The notes: generated from the letters alone by a model not told the origin. Counted from the first letter of the whole stretch, positions 11,400 through 25,083 are shown. The stretch: 55,931 nt of DNA, filler included, from Jimgerdemannia flammicorona (GCA_003990765.1; 3 parts of 3 records of this genome joined end to end with filler, not necessarily neighbours in it), one strand, 5' to 3'. Numbers and translations are program-made.

Positions 11400-14300
11400 A
11401 CTACTACATGACAATACATAGTAGTCTGAATCTTGAAATTTACCTGTATTGAGTAAGCATATTATAATACTAATAAATATTTCTGATTTATATTTAATTA
11501 ACAATTAGTCTTATCACTATTACTCTCTAAGAATTACAGCTTAACAATATTTTAGTATGGTCTAATTATACAAATATTAAGTCTTATATATATTTAGTTA
11601 CCTTTTATCTTTAATAATATTACTTAATAAGATTAATAACTTTATTTTTAGTATTATTAACTTTACTTTATCAAATAATTGCTATTGAAATATTACTGAT
11701 AATAATTTTTTTTTATCTCTATTTATTAGTTTTATAGTAAGAACTATCATATTATAGCTTAGTTTAACTTATACAATATTATTATAGATCAGAGTAAATA
11801 AATATCTGTTTAATTTATTAATAAAATACAAAAGATTCTAAGAAAATAAAAGATGGCAGAGAATAAAATAACTACTTTGAGCTATGAATAATTAGAGTTT
11901 GAGATGATAAATTTATCTTTCTATATATAAATTTAAGATTAAAAAATATAAACAAATAGAATTTTATAAAATAATTATTAAGAATAATCTTTAAATAATA
12001 TAAATAATTTATTAATTTTCATATTTAGAATAATGTTTAAATAATTAATTATATAACTAATAATATAATATTAATATATTACAATTCAGAATAAATCAAA
12101 TAATATAAAATAATAAATTAAGTTAGAGAATAGATATATAGATAAAAGAGTATAAATTAAGATTATAATATACCAGCTCAATGAAGACAAATTTCAAGAT
12201 TGGAACTACTATATAGTTTGGCTTCAGCCTCTAGTTACTTTGTTAAAAAGTAATAAAATATTTTATAATTTCTGATATCCTTAGTATTTAGCAATATAAT
12301 AGATAAATCTAGATATCTAAGTGAGTTTTTCTAATTATATAGTAGATAATTTGTATAATTTTCTAATTAGAATAGCTCTTTGGTATATTGATAATTTATA
12401 TAGTATAAGTGAGTTCTTTATATAATTTCTGTTATAAGTAGATTTCTTTATATGTATATATATATAATTTCTGCATAATGATCTTAATTTAGTATTATAT
12501 GAATAATTTGGCAGACTTTCTTATTAAGTAGCAGATTATTTACAAATGGCAGATGATGTGAATTCCTTCTGAATCAGTAGACTTCTCAAATAGTGATAAA
12601 GTTCTTTACTTAAACTTAGTGACTTTATATCAGAAAGTAGACTAGAGTGAGAATAAGACAAAATATATAACTTCTTAGCTATGGCTCATTAGTAGACATA
12701 TCTTCTAAGTAGTATAATTTTTTTTCTTTTTAGGATTAAGTAGCTCTTGGTAGGTATTTCTCCTAAATATAATAAATAATTGGCTTTTGCTTTTGAATTT
12801 TTGGACTAAGGTTTATTCAATCTTATCTCTGAGGTATTTTATATAGTTGTGGTTACTATCTGATTACTATGTGGCTAATTATAAACTATATAGTAATACT
12901 GTTTTGGAAATAGAGTAACTAGATATATCTACTAGATATAGATATATCTAGTAGATATAGGTGTATCTGATAGATATAGGTATATCTGATAAACAAAACT
13001 ATATTCTTAGAATACAGATTAATAAACCTAATTTAGTATTTTTAACTAATTATAAATAGTGATATATGTAGGTAACTATAAGAGAATTACTTCGTTAGAG
13101 AACTGTTACATAGTTCTGGAAGAGTTTTCTGGAAGTTTTGGATATTCTGGAAGATTATTTTCTTAAGAGTGATTTGTAGTTTATTAAATAGATTTATTCA
13201 CTATTTATGATATTGCTATACTAGAAGTAATGTATGAAGGGATATTTGTATAAGAAAGTATTCTTGACTTATTTATCTCTATTTATATCTATTTGTATCT
13301 AAGTTTCTGAGGTTTGGAGGAGTGGATATTCATACTAATAAGAGATTATCTGAACTATACTAAATATAAGTATAGTATTTAGTACTTTGGTAAGTCAGAA
13401 TACAGTCACATAGTATAAGTGTGAACTGAAATATCAAGAGATTGTCTGACTGATGAGTCAGTATATAGTTATATAATATAAGACCAATATAACTATACTA
13501 ATAACTGCTAAGCTATCTATAGATTTAGATACTATCTGGGTATTCTTCAATAAGGTCACTATTAATGATATTATCTCTGATAAAGTAATTATCTAAGAAG
13601 AGTGATTCTTGGATTACATCTCTCTGTTCATTTATATAGTAATATATAAGAACCATATCACCATCCTATAGGATGGTATCATCTGTCTCATATACTGGGT
13701 AGGGTGTCAGTAGATAGGGAAGGGATGCATCATCTTTGCTTTCATTGGATTTACTATTAGTATATCTTTGATAGTTTATCATACTATATATTATAGAGTT
13801 ATAGTATACTGATGGCTGTAGTTTATTTCATTTACACTTGGGAGGTGGAGTTGTTGGTTTGATCTCAGGAATTGTTGATTTGATTTCAAGAGTTGTCTGG
13901 AGATATATATTATGTTCTCTAGTCTCTTTATTATAGTTGAAGTAATCAGGCATAAATGCTAATTAGTATATATACCAGTAGTCATTATCCCAATAGGTCT
14001 CATAGATAGTTATAAACTGTTATAAATTTATCAGTAGAGTTAACAGAGTGATCAGAGTTGATAGAGATTCTTGGCTAGAGATTATGTCAGTATTAGTCTT
14101 CTGCTTTATCATTATCAAACTAGATTACATCATAGATATCCTTTATGGTATATAAAAATAGGAATATTTGCAGAATTTGATCATCAGAATATGAGAAGGG
14201 TCTGTCTGTAGTTTGAGTATACTTAATATACTTGTAGTTGAGTTCTTGTATCATATTATTAATTTGGTCATAGGATAGAGTAGCAACTATTTCAGTATCT

Positions 14301-14400
14301 TTCACCAGTAATATTCAGGTGACACAAGGCTCAGACAACACATTTTGCAACATTTTTGGTGATTGATAACTATCAACATAGATAGCAATGATTGTACTGA
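11400..14400. other. Extremely AT-rich, essentially CpG-free degraded repeat relics
   Basis: No credible ORFs, TA-rich, and contains a decayed copy of the LTR-like repeat at 37566-38138. Confidence 0.7.
13104..13600 (-). repeat. Heavily C>T/G>A mutated copy of the LTR-like repeat at 37566-38138
   Basis: 13162-13590 is collinear with 37608-38030, e.g. catgatattgctatactag, cagtcac(g/a)tagta, ctgctaagctat. Boundaries approximate. Confidence 0.8.
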
Positions 14401-14429
14401 TGAGTGTACTGGCCAAGGGAGTGGTGGTG

Positions 14430-17400
14430 CCTCGGCTGGTAATAAGTAGAGAGGAGGGGAGATGGTTTGAGGATGCCAGGGGCCTCTATGGCTAGCCAAG
14501 GTACTGGTAGTGGAGGGAGGGGTGGCCTGAGACAGTGAGGAGGGGAGAGGTTGACCTTTGCTGATAAGGTCAAGATGGAGAGAATGGCCTCTGGTCTGGA
14601 TAGTTGGCTGGGTCTGGGGAAGGCATTAACAGCTGCTGCTGGGAGACAGGAAGGAGTGCCCAGGGGAGTATCTGGCAGTAGGGGAGGGGGGGGAGTAGGG
14701 GCTGGAGATGTGACTATTGATGGGGCTGTGACTGAGGATCTGGAGAAAAATCCAGATATGATGGTGGTTAATAGTTCAGGACAGGGGGTGGGCACAAGGC
14801 CCAGGAACCTAGTGGATGGGGTGATTGGCATAGTGTTGGCACCATTACTCAAGAAATCAAGGTCAGAATTTGCTGTCATATTGTGCTTCAGGGGCTTGGT
14901 AGTGACTGCAAGAATGATCTTGAGACTGGTAGTACAGGAGGTAAAAGGGGCAGCTTCAGTGAAGTTCTTGAAGGAGAAAGAAGGGGTCGAGGTGGGGTTT
15001 GAGGAAGAGGAAGCACTGCTGGCTGCTATGGAGAAGGGGGTAACAATGGGTGGGGTTGTGGTCCCTATGGCCAGGTACATGTGCTGAGACCTCTGAGTGG
15101 TACAGTTGATGGTGTTGGATCTTCCTATAGTGTCAAGAGAGAGGACCAGAGAGTTGATTGTGGGGGGGGTCAAGAAGTATGGAGAGATTGTAGACATTGG
15201 GTTCAAGGTCTGGAAGGGTATGGAGCTCCGGACTAGTGATGTCAATGTCTAAATAAGACTGGCTAGAAAGGAGAACATGGGGAAGATGAGGGATTGGCTG
15301 GTAACTCTGAAGTGGGGACAGGTGGAGTATAAGATCATATGGATAAAGGGGACTCAGGAAGAGGAGGAAGATTTGCTAGAGGCTCTGGAGGATCTGGCAG
15401 GTATGTTCAAGAGGAGGAGGTTGGCTTGGAAGAAGTATGAAGCCAAGACAGTAGTGGAAGTAGTTGATGGGAAGAGGGTCAGGATGGATTGGGGGACCTG
15501 GAAGAAGATGCAGAGGAGGAGAATCCAGAAGGAGCTGCTGGCAAAGTTGGACTGTGGGGGGGCTGGCAGTGGCACAGGAGATGGGAGAGTGGAATTGTGT
15601 GGGAGTACCTGGGTGGGGAAACATGGGTGGCCCATGATAGAGCCCAAGATGGATCAAGGGAGGAGAGGGAGGGTGGTGTGGAGGTAGATGCAGAAATGAG
15701 AGAAGGGGTTCACCCTCAGTATAGTGTCCTGGAGGGGGCAGGAGGTGAGGAAGAGTTACTGGATATACTAGATGAGGAGTGGGATGAGTCTGTGAGGAGA
15801 AGCACTTTGGTGGACCCTGAGGTAGAGGGTGTTTGGGTTGCCCAGGGTATGGTGGAGGCAGTGGATGAGGAGAAGTAGCTGTGGAAGACTCTAAAAGGGG
15901 TGGCAGTGGAGGAGCTGGGGGGAGAGGACTTCTGGGTTATAGAAGAGTAACATTGAGAGGAAATCCTTTATAGTGAAGAGGTACCGAAGAAGGTGAGGAA
16001 TGAGATCCTGGTGTTCCTCTTAGAATCAGTAGAATACCAAGTCAATGATCAGAGAGAGGAGGAACTTAGAGAGATTGTGAATGATTAGGCAGCTTACTTG
16101 TGGGGCTTGAGGAAGGGATTGGAGAAGTGGAGAGCAGCCTGCACAGACTATCAGTCAGAGATAGAGATGGTGGATGGGGTGGAATGTCAAGAAATCTTAG
16201 AGATATTGGATGCTCAGGCTGTTACAGAGGATGACTTGGAAGTAGAGCAGTATGTGGATTTGGTGGGGGATGAGATGAGCATGGAATACTAGGTGGGGGT
16301 CTCAAATCCAAATATTATTCAATATGAACAGTATAACTAGAATACTCTCTTTGAATGTGAATGGGTTACAGGGGATAGTTAGGAGGAAGTACATATTTGG
16401 ATAGCAAAAGGGACTGGATGCAGATCTCTTTTTACTGTAGGATGTCTGTTATGAGATAGATGTAGACTTACAGAATTGGACCAAGAAATGGGGGGGGGCT
16501 GTAGTGTGGATAGGGAGAGTGGGTATCCTAGTTCAAAAAGGGATGGGGGACATTGGGGACATTGGACATTGGGGGACTCAGTTGGTGTGGGGAGTATGGA
16601 AGAGGCCTGGATGGAGCCCATTGACAGTTGGGTCATATTACTGCCGAGTGGAGAGGGGGGAATTGGTGAATTAGATTAGAAGTTTGAAAGAGGCCAGTGT
16701 CTTGGGTGAGGTTGGGTTTGACTGCCTGGGGGGTAACTTTAACATAGTGTGGGATAAGGGGCTGGACAGGACAGATAGCAGGAGTGGAATGAGGAGCAGG
16801 AGTGGAGGGCTGGATGATTGGTTGGAGATAGAGATTGAGTTCTTTGATTGATTCAGGGAGATAGTTTTGGGATGATCATCAAATTTATACTCACTGGGTG
16901 ATAGGGCTGGGCTCAAGAATTAACTAGATATTGATGACAGAATACTGGGGAGTAGATGTCTGGACTTTGCTGGAGGTGGTTTGGTGTCTATGGTCAGATC
17001 ACTGGGGTCTGTTAGGAGGGGGGAGGTTTGGGGGAAGGGGGGATGGATCTGGACATTGGCAATTAAATTCTTCTTTGTTGGAGGATGGGGCTTTATGGGC
17101 AGACTGGGGGAAGGAGATTAATGAGTATATTGGGAGGTGGCAGGAGCAGGGCCTGGTGATTGGGGACTGCTGGAGGAGACTGAAAGTGAGTGCTCAGGGG
17201 TACTGGAGGGAAGCAGAGAAAGGAAGGTGTGCTCAGTGGTGGCAGAGGGTACTATGGACCTCACAGCAATTGGTGGCACTCATGGAAAGATGGGCAAGGG
17301 TGCTAGAAGACTGGGAGGTAGCCGACTAGCATATTGTGAGAATCCAGAAGGAAGTTGAGGAGCTTAAGGAAGTGTTATGAAGGGAGGAAAAGGTTAGGCT

Positions 17401-18050
17401 GAAGGGGATAGTGGCCTGGCTGAGGTGGCAGGGGCTTGAGGAGGGAGAGAGACCCACTAGGTTTTATCATAGATATTACAAGTATGGAGAACTAAGCAGT
17501 GGTAGGATGGAGTTCTGGATGTAGATGGGGGGATGGTGGTGGGGACTCCAGCAATTCTGGGTTTGCTGAGGACCTATTGGGAGGATTTGTGGAGTGAGGA
17601 GAAAGGGGGGGAGGATGCTTTGAACATTGAGAGGCAGCTGAAGGATTGGCATCTGGACCCTGCAATGGGCCTGAAGACACTGGGGGATCCAGTGAGGAGC
17701 AAAGGTCTTGGGCATGACAAGTAAGGGGATGACTCCAGGGGAGGATGAACTTCCCTGAAATTTTTGGAAGAAGATGGCTGGGGTGGCAGAGGTATTGGAG
17801 AAAATTATGGAAATTTATGGAGAGGTTCTTCAGTCTGGAACTTGGATTGGAGGCCAGCACCTAGGGCTGGTCTCCTTGCTCTACAAAGATAAGGGGAGGC
17901 AGGAAGATTGGAAGAACTGGTGGCCAATCATGCTACTCAATAGGACCACAAACTAGTGACAAAGATATTGGTGTTAAGGCTGCAGGGAATCATGCAGCAG
18001 ATACTTGGTGTGGAGCAATGAGGATTTGTCAGTGGCCAGTTGATCTGAGA
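14430..18050 (+). mobile_element. Non-LTR retrotransposon (L1/Tx1-like LINE) relic: ORF1, APE endonuclease, RT N-terminal part
   Basis: ORF1 remnants (VEVGFEEEEALLAA, KYGEIVDI). Endonuclease RILSLNVNGL, GGNFNIV, SDH. Linker GSGHWQLNSSLLED. RT-proximal LLYKDKG..DWKNWWPIMLLN. Many stops, almost no CpG. Confidence 0.85.
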
Positions 18051-18054
18051 TGGG

Positions 18055-18579
18055 ATGGCAGGAGGAGGACTTGTTGGAGGCACTGGAGGAGTTGGGTGGA
18101 GCTGTGGAGAGGAGGACAAAAGCCTGGAAGATATTTGAGGAGTCGACGCATCTGGAGATTGTGAATGGGAGGCGTGTGCGCACTGATAAGAAGCTGTGGG
18201 AGAGGGCCCAGGGCCGCAAGAGGCAGAGGGAGCTCTTGGTGAATATGTCAGGAAGGGAGAAGAGGAAGGTGGATGGGGTTGAGGAGTCTGGTGGCGTCAA
18301 GGCCAGTGTATGGGCTGGCGAAGGAGGAAAGGAGGCAGTGGTGACAGAGGAATGGGCTGCGAAGGTGCTGGGCCAAGATCCCTATGCCGATGGTACGTTC
18401 GAAGTTTGGGAGGAGGAGTCTGATGGCTCTCCCCCCCCTCTAGTCAGGAGGGGCCCGGTGGGGAGGAGAGTGGTGGCAGAGGATGTGCAGATGCAGGGGG
18501 CCCAGCATGTTACCTTTGGGGTCCCAGATGTGGCGAAAGGAGGCCAGGTGGTGGCAGTTGGAGAAGATGAGCTGGTGGA
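18055..18579 (+). mobile_element. Fragment of a second, paralogous LINE ORF1 C-terminal region
   Basis: QEEDLLEALEELGGAVERRTKAWKIFEESTHLEIVNGRRVR aligns by eye with 15355-15550 QEEEEDLLEALEDLAGMFKRRRLAWKKYEAKTVVEVVDGKRVR. Confidence 0.75.
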
Positions 18580-18679
18580 NNNNNNNNNNNNNNNNNNNNN
18601 NNNNNNNNNNNNNNNNNNNNNNNTTAATTAATTAANNNNNNNNNNNNNNNNNNNNNNNNNNNNNNNNNNNNNNNNNNNN
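18580..18679. other. Artificial contig linker (N44-TTAATTAATTAA-N44)
   Basis: Exactly 100 bp with a six-frame stop cassette, identical to 37258-37357. Confidence 0.97.
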
Positions 18680-18715
<36 letters not shown>

Positions 18716-20031
18716 AGACTATGGTATGGAGGTTGCGTTATAGCAACACGTCAAAGGGAAGACGACCGCCAAAAACTTCTTGAAGAAACCCACTCGGACG
18801 ACTCACGCATGCGATTAAGAAACCCCGTCAACTGGAGCATATGCTCCGTTCGCGATCCAAGTCCGTCGCGCGCTCTAATAACAACGAAAACGAATCTGCC
18901 CAAAAAGGCAACACGAGGAATCCGACGTTCGAAGGCAAGGAAATTGCCTCAGCCACAATCTTAATTCTCGTCATCACCGCGACAACGATCATATAATGAA
19001 CAATGCTCGCAAGGTCATAGAACGCAACATATGCACATGGGAGCTACGGATGGGGGTACAGATGGAGGTACGGATGGGAGATACAGATGAAAGCGAGGTT
19101 GAAAATATGGACAATTAATTCTCGATTACTGTAACATATGACTTATAGAATATTTATTTGAATAGCTGTTTGCATATTTCATAAAACTTTAGGTAATGCA
19201 GAAAAAATTGAGGTACCAGACATGGTACCGTAAAGGGGTGACAGTTATTGAACTGAAGACATTATAGTAGAATACGATGAGATGTACGACATGGCAACCG
19301 CTATGGACCGTTACGAAATAAATAGAGGTTCCTGGGTGATAATCTAAATGTGAACAATTGGCAGAGATAGAGGAGGCTCCAGGCTCTGGGGCGTGCTGTC
19401 GTACGACATGTGGTGAGATTTCCCCACAGATCTACGTCATCATAAATGAGTGGATGTACATTCTCGGTGTCAACACCAAGTGTGTGTGGTTTCGAGGCCT
19501 GCATTTATCGTTTTGGAGGTTACAGGAAATCAGTTGGGACTGGACCCCAGTTGCTTTTGCTAGTTTCTGTGCGAAACGATTGTGAATGATCGCTAGAGCG
19601 GTGATCATTTCTCCATAGAAGCGACTGGTAATGCATCACGATGTTCGTTAATTCCCTTTGTCGGATTCGGAAAAATCGGGCCTTCTTGCGGTTCTTGGTG
19701 CGTAAAACGCGTGCTGACCCGTCATTCAATCGATTGGAGTATATGTTTGGATGGCGCAGTATTTATTACTTTGACCACGTCGATGGCGGAGGCAGGTCAC
19801 TTGACTTAAAATTTAAATAATACGTTAAATAATGGCAAAACAGGGTCATGAGCGCGTGATGATGGCCACGCTTAAATCTGCTTTTTAATACAATATACTG
19901 GAAAATCATTGTTTACAGTGTAAATATAAATATAAATTGCATGCTCAACAAAGCCTAAAGAGAAAGAGACCGATGATTGAGGTAATTATCAACGGAATTA
20001 ACATTATTTCTATAACTATATTTGGGGCCTT

Positions 20032-21643
20032 CTAAATGTCTAAGTTTGGCACCTTATTATTATTGTATTCACTCGCCATTTGATCGATCGCGTGACCTAC
20101 CTCCTCTACATGCATAGTGGCGTTGGCATTTTCCTTCATGTCCCTCAACTTCTCACGGAAAATGACAATTTTCTTTCTATACAACCTGGAGTCTTCTATC
20201 GCGCGCTGTACCTTCTTTTGCTTACGTTCCCTATTGTTCTCGAAGGGTTTCAGTTTAATCCCGATCTTGTTGAACCGCTCCTCCTCTATCAGCTCTCCGG
20301 CAAAGGAATTCCAACTTAACCTGTCCTCCTTATTCTGGGCATTCTCTTCTTCGGTGTAGGGTATGGTAATGCGCTCGGTAGCGGAGACGTTGGAGGACAA
20401 GTGCTTGGTGTTTTGGATCTTACTGGGGTTAGACTATTTGTGGAAGAAATTCCTGAGTTAACGCGAATGACGGAATATAGTATATTGGTCATAATACTGT
20501 GAGATAAGTAATATGGATTACACACATGTCTCGAGTTCTTTCAATGTCATGTTAACTTGTGTTTGCCCCAGATTTTTTAGGTCCAATGCCTGTAGATTGT
20601 TCAGAGTATGTCTGTTGTAGTGAATTAAGTATGCCAGGCTCATGGCTATTTTGTCGTCGAAAAAATCAATGGCGTCATCACGTAGTCGATATCTTCCAAA
20701 GGCAACCACCACAATATTTGCAACTTGAATGGTTGTTCGTTAGGTCCTCCGGGAGTCATTCTCGAGATCGTCTTGGCGATCTCCCCCGGAGCCGACGACC
20801 TTCACGGCTTCGGTGAAATTTTGGAGAATTGGACGTCGCTGGGGAGCTTGGCTTTGATATTTTTTAGACAGGCCGTATCAGGAGCGCTGATCCTTGGCAA
20901 GCAGCCGGGAAAGTTGTGTATAAGGTAGAGTGCGTGGGGTAAAACGAATGTAGTGATGAAGACGGCCAGAAGTCCTGCAACAAGTGCAGCCAAAACTACG
21001 CGGCACATGGCGGCGGCAATTTCTGAAGGAGAACGAACGAGTAGATCGGGTGCAGCTTTTCACGGACATCGTTGTGCATTTATCAATATGCTGCTGCGCG
21101 CCACGTTGCAATTTCCGGGGCTGGGATGACGACCGCCGTTTTGGGTTAGGATTGTGGTAGAACCATTGAATGCTCTTAAGTCCTCGTTTGCTCGGCTTGC
21201 ATTCTAGTTTGGCTGTTTTCTACGAAACATTAGGTCTACCTACCCTTCGTCGTCATGTGAAAAATAAAGCCATAGCCATAATAGCTGGCGCCATAGCCAC
21301 CACTGCGTTTGACCTTCTTGTTGATAACGTTGAAACAGTTAAGCTTGCTGTCCAGCGTCGTTGTTGGCGCAGTCGGTGTCACAATCCCTGCAAATGTTGC
21401 AGGCTACGTGTTCACAGTTCTTGTATGTCACGTTTTGGCAACACTGGTCGGCGTTGTTACACACCGTATAGATAGCCGAAACCTTCGTGAGGGATAACCA
21501 TTCACGCCGTTCAGGCCGCGAACGTCGAGGGTGCGTTTCTGACCTGCGGCGCTGGCGTTGGGGATGGGTTTGGCGGTGCTGAAGCGGGAGAGGAGAGCCT
21601 GGGCGGCGAGGGTGAGGAGGAGGGCGGTGAATTGGTTGACCAT
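20032..21643 (-). pseudogene. Probable frameshifted gene for a signal-peptide, Cys-rich, single-pass membrane protein
   Basis: Signal peptide MVNQFTALLLTLAAQALLS. A shifted frame gives VCNNADQCCQNVTYKNCEHVACNICRDCDTDC. TM-like VVLAALVAGLLAVFITTFVL and a charged C-terminal ORF 20400-20032. The pieces lie in different frames. Confidence 0.45.
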
Positions 21644-22731
21644 TTTTATTGCGGTTGTGGAGTGTATTTGCTTATACTTGAGTGAGGTATAGTTGTTGGA
21701 TCGCGGATGTTATTTTAATTGCTTTGCTTGCTTCTTCGTTGTGAGAGTGAACTTAAGGTTGAGAGATGTATGTGTTATCTTTTATATGTTTTCTCAAACC
21801 ACCAAGACTATTGACATTGAGCCCAAATGCAAACTAGGTACAATTTTCGCATCACCTTCATCAATGATGTCCACGGGGCATCTTCAAACATGCGGAGCGA
21901 CGTTGGCTCTCTAGACTTCATTGAGAATCAACTTTGGCGTATATCAAGACAATCGTTTGATTCTCCTTCAATTTACTGCTTCGACCTCGACACTCTTTCT
22001 TTCATTCGATATCCACCAAATACAATTTGATTACTTGTAAACCGAACTAGGCCATTCTGTTAATTAATAGCTATTGGTGTCGATGCGCACTATCGGTGCA
22101 TCATTTCACTCTCCGCCATCCAGACATTTGAAGCGAAGTTTATTAAAAAGTATATACCTTAAGGCCTATCTAGATTGGTATATACCTTTTTGATAAATTG
22201 GGATACAACGGAAATCAAGTCACTTATCAGGAAAACTGGCCAAATCCGCAAGTGCGAATGGACATGCTTGCCTGTACAAATATTGTGGTTGTAAGGATAC
22301 CACGTAGATATGGCACAATGAAAACAGCCGTCACTCTATATGCTGTATCTTCCTCACACTTTTCCATATTGTTTATCTTTTGCAAATATCTTGATTTTTG
22401 CCATGCGGTCTACCTAGCAGTAGGCTGTTGTATTTATTAGACGGAAGCGTCTCTTTTTTTTTTTTTTTTCAAATGAATTTCGTGTGGATAGTGGAAAATT
22501 ATAGAATCTCACTTATAGGCTGCCTGCAATCACCACTATAGGCGTGGTCGCTACAATGCTACAGTGCTACTAGCAAGATGGCGACGCTGCGCCACTACAT
22601 ATCGTCAGTTTACAAGGACTGTTTAACCTCAGATTTGCGGGAAAACCAGATAAGGTCAGTCGAACTTTTCCTTAACCTTCTCTTTTTCTCACCTGACTGT
22701 CAATAAATTCGTTTGACACCCCTCCAGAAGA

Positions 22732-25083
22732 ATGCTCTTGCAACCGATCGCCCGGATATTCATCTTCCTGGGCGCCCTGACAACAAGAACCCAGGTCAAT
22801 GCCGTGAACCCGCGCGCGGGCGCCCGTGCGCTCTTGCTGGGAAAAACCATCTGGGTGTATGGCGGTTTCTCCACCAGCTCGACGAGCACGCTGAACACCG
22901 CCGCTACACTCGACGTCTCTGTACCCTGGAGCGTGGCCAATCCGGCGTGGACGGAGAGGGCAGACGACCTTTCCGTGGCTCCTTTCTCGCAGTTAGGGAC
23001 TATGTTTCCGACTGTTAATCAGACAGGTTTCTACCTGTCGGACCAGTCCGGCGGCTTTAACAAAACGTATGGGATGGCGAAATTTGATGCCGTTAATTAC
23101 AAATGGACAACACTACCAGTTGCGACTTTCTCAACGATTCCGCCAAGGTCAGACCTTTTTCTATTTCTTCATTCTCTCTCATATCAGGAGAGAAATATTA
23201 TACATACACTGAGCAAAACCCCCACCCCCACCCCCTCCTGTTGAAATGTGTATGTGCGGATTTTTTTTTTCTCTTTTTTCTTTTTTTTTTTTTTTTCATG
23301 CGCTTTCACATTGCACAATCATTAGTGGTCATGCAGGTTGGGACAACTCCGGAAACGCGTGGGTCTGGATGGGGTTTCTTTCCTCCTTAGTCACCAATGA
23401 TACGCAAATTGAAAGTCTTGGTCTGTACAATATCTTGTGCGCAAGCGCTTAATCCGTTCCCGGATTCTCAGCTGTGATCCGCCACTCATATGCCTTTTCA
23501 CCGCGACCTAGATGTCTTCAAGTTTAGCCAGTCTACCCAATCATGGACCCTCATCCCAAATCAGCTGCCGAATGTTCTTTTCCGCCGTCTGCATCGAATC
23601 GTCTGGCTTTCGTATGTTGAGACTGTCCGTGGTTTCATTTTAATAATTCCGTCTGTTTATTCGATCCTACAATGAGGGACTTAGGCTTGGCACCTGAAAC
23701 GGGATGTTAAATCCGCCAACTTCTTTTTTTTCCTTACTCCGCGCAGTTCCGGACTTCTCATCCCCATCGGCGGAGCGAGCTCCTTCAGTCCGAATATATT
23801 CGCCCCAATGAGCGACGTGATAACATACAAGTACGTTTCTTACGCTTGCTTTACGATCAGAGGTCGGATTTTCTTTTATGGTTATCATTGTTCATATTGC
23901 ATGTGTTGATCATATCTGAATGGCGTCTTTCCATACAGCACAATAACTGGTAAATGGCTGGCGGTTACCGCAACGGGGGCAATTCCAGCGGCACGACAAA
24001 GTCACAGTGCCACCCTCGGTAATTATGGTGTCTTTGCCTTAGATATTGAAGCTGGGCGAATGGGCGTCTATTCAGATTCCTGAAAGTTGGAAGAGGACGA
24101 CAGGTAACTCTATTTCTCATAGATCCACAGTGCCGTAGCTAATTCCTTCCAAATCCACCAACAGCTCCGGATGGCTACTCAATCATCCTCTACGCTGGTC
24201 AGGATGAGGTGGGGAACGTGCTTGGGGACGTTGCCGTTCTTGATACACGTACGTTCGTTTGGTCGAACCCCAACATTTCCGGCATGGCCCCGAGGCCACG
24301 AGTTAAGCACACTGCGGTGTTGGTTGGGGATGCGTTGATTATAATGGGAGGTGGGTAATTGTTTGATATTGTTGTGAAGTGAAACATAGTTGATGTTGAG
24401 ACGTGTGTAAATATGGGAAAGTTGGGAAACGAGTGAATTATCCATTGAGCGAGTTATGAAATATGTATGATTCTCAGTCTTTTGTACAATCTGACACATG
24501 AATCCTCTTCTCATTTTCAATACACAAAGGCGGACTCGACCCCAACCTCACCATTTCCTCCAACATCATCTCTGAGACAATTGTTCTGAACACCACCACC
24601 TGGTCCTGGCTCACGACCTATACCCCACCCAATATCTGGTCAAGTGTCACCACTTCCGGCAACTCGTCACCCGTGGCTGCGACTTCAATAGCGACTGCCA
24701 CCGTAATCCCAACTTCCTCCGACGGCCTCGGTGTGGGCGTCACCGCGGGCATCGCGGTAACCGCCGTGATCGCTGTCGTCGCTATCTTAATCCTGCTCCT
24801 GTTTCTTCGGCGGCGCAAGAGGAGGCTCATGAAAAAAGAGGGAGAGGAAGCGGGCGATGTGTTTGGTGGGGGGCGGGGGCCCGCGAAGTGGAAGCCGGAT
24901 GAGGAGGGGCCGAAAAACCTGAAGCTGGATGATCTTGCTCCTGAGGTTGAGGTTGAGGCTGCGGTGACGATTGATGAAGGTGCCAAAAAACAGGTTATTG
25001 TTGAAGAGGATATTACAAATGCGAGAAATTATGGATATCGGGAACAAATGGATTTATTGGATATTTTATCTCAGAGGACATAG
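22732..25083 (+). CDS. Kelch-repeat beta-propeller single-pass membrane protein (~7 exons)
   Basis: Signal-like N-terminus, Kelch motifs IWVYGGF, LIPIGG, PAARQSHSATL, PRPRVKHTAVLVGDALIIMGG, NTTTWSW, Ser/Thr stalk, TM GIAVTAVIAVVAILILLLFL followed by RRRKRR. GT-AG introns near 23148, 23421, 23612, 23831, 24019 and 24351. Confidence 0.88.

Noticed and set aside
14373..15245. 290-aa minus-strand ORF and similar antisense ORFs (73-591, 29210-29933, 33356-34081)
   Set aside because: Shadows of real sense-strand coding sequence with no motifs.
18624..18635. TTAATTAATTAA palindrome as a biological site
   Set aside because: It sits centred in Ns and recurs identically, so it is an assembly linker.
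19301..19729. Short ORFs as a gene
   Set aside because: No motifs or consistent splice model.
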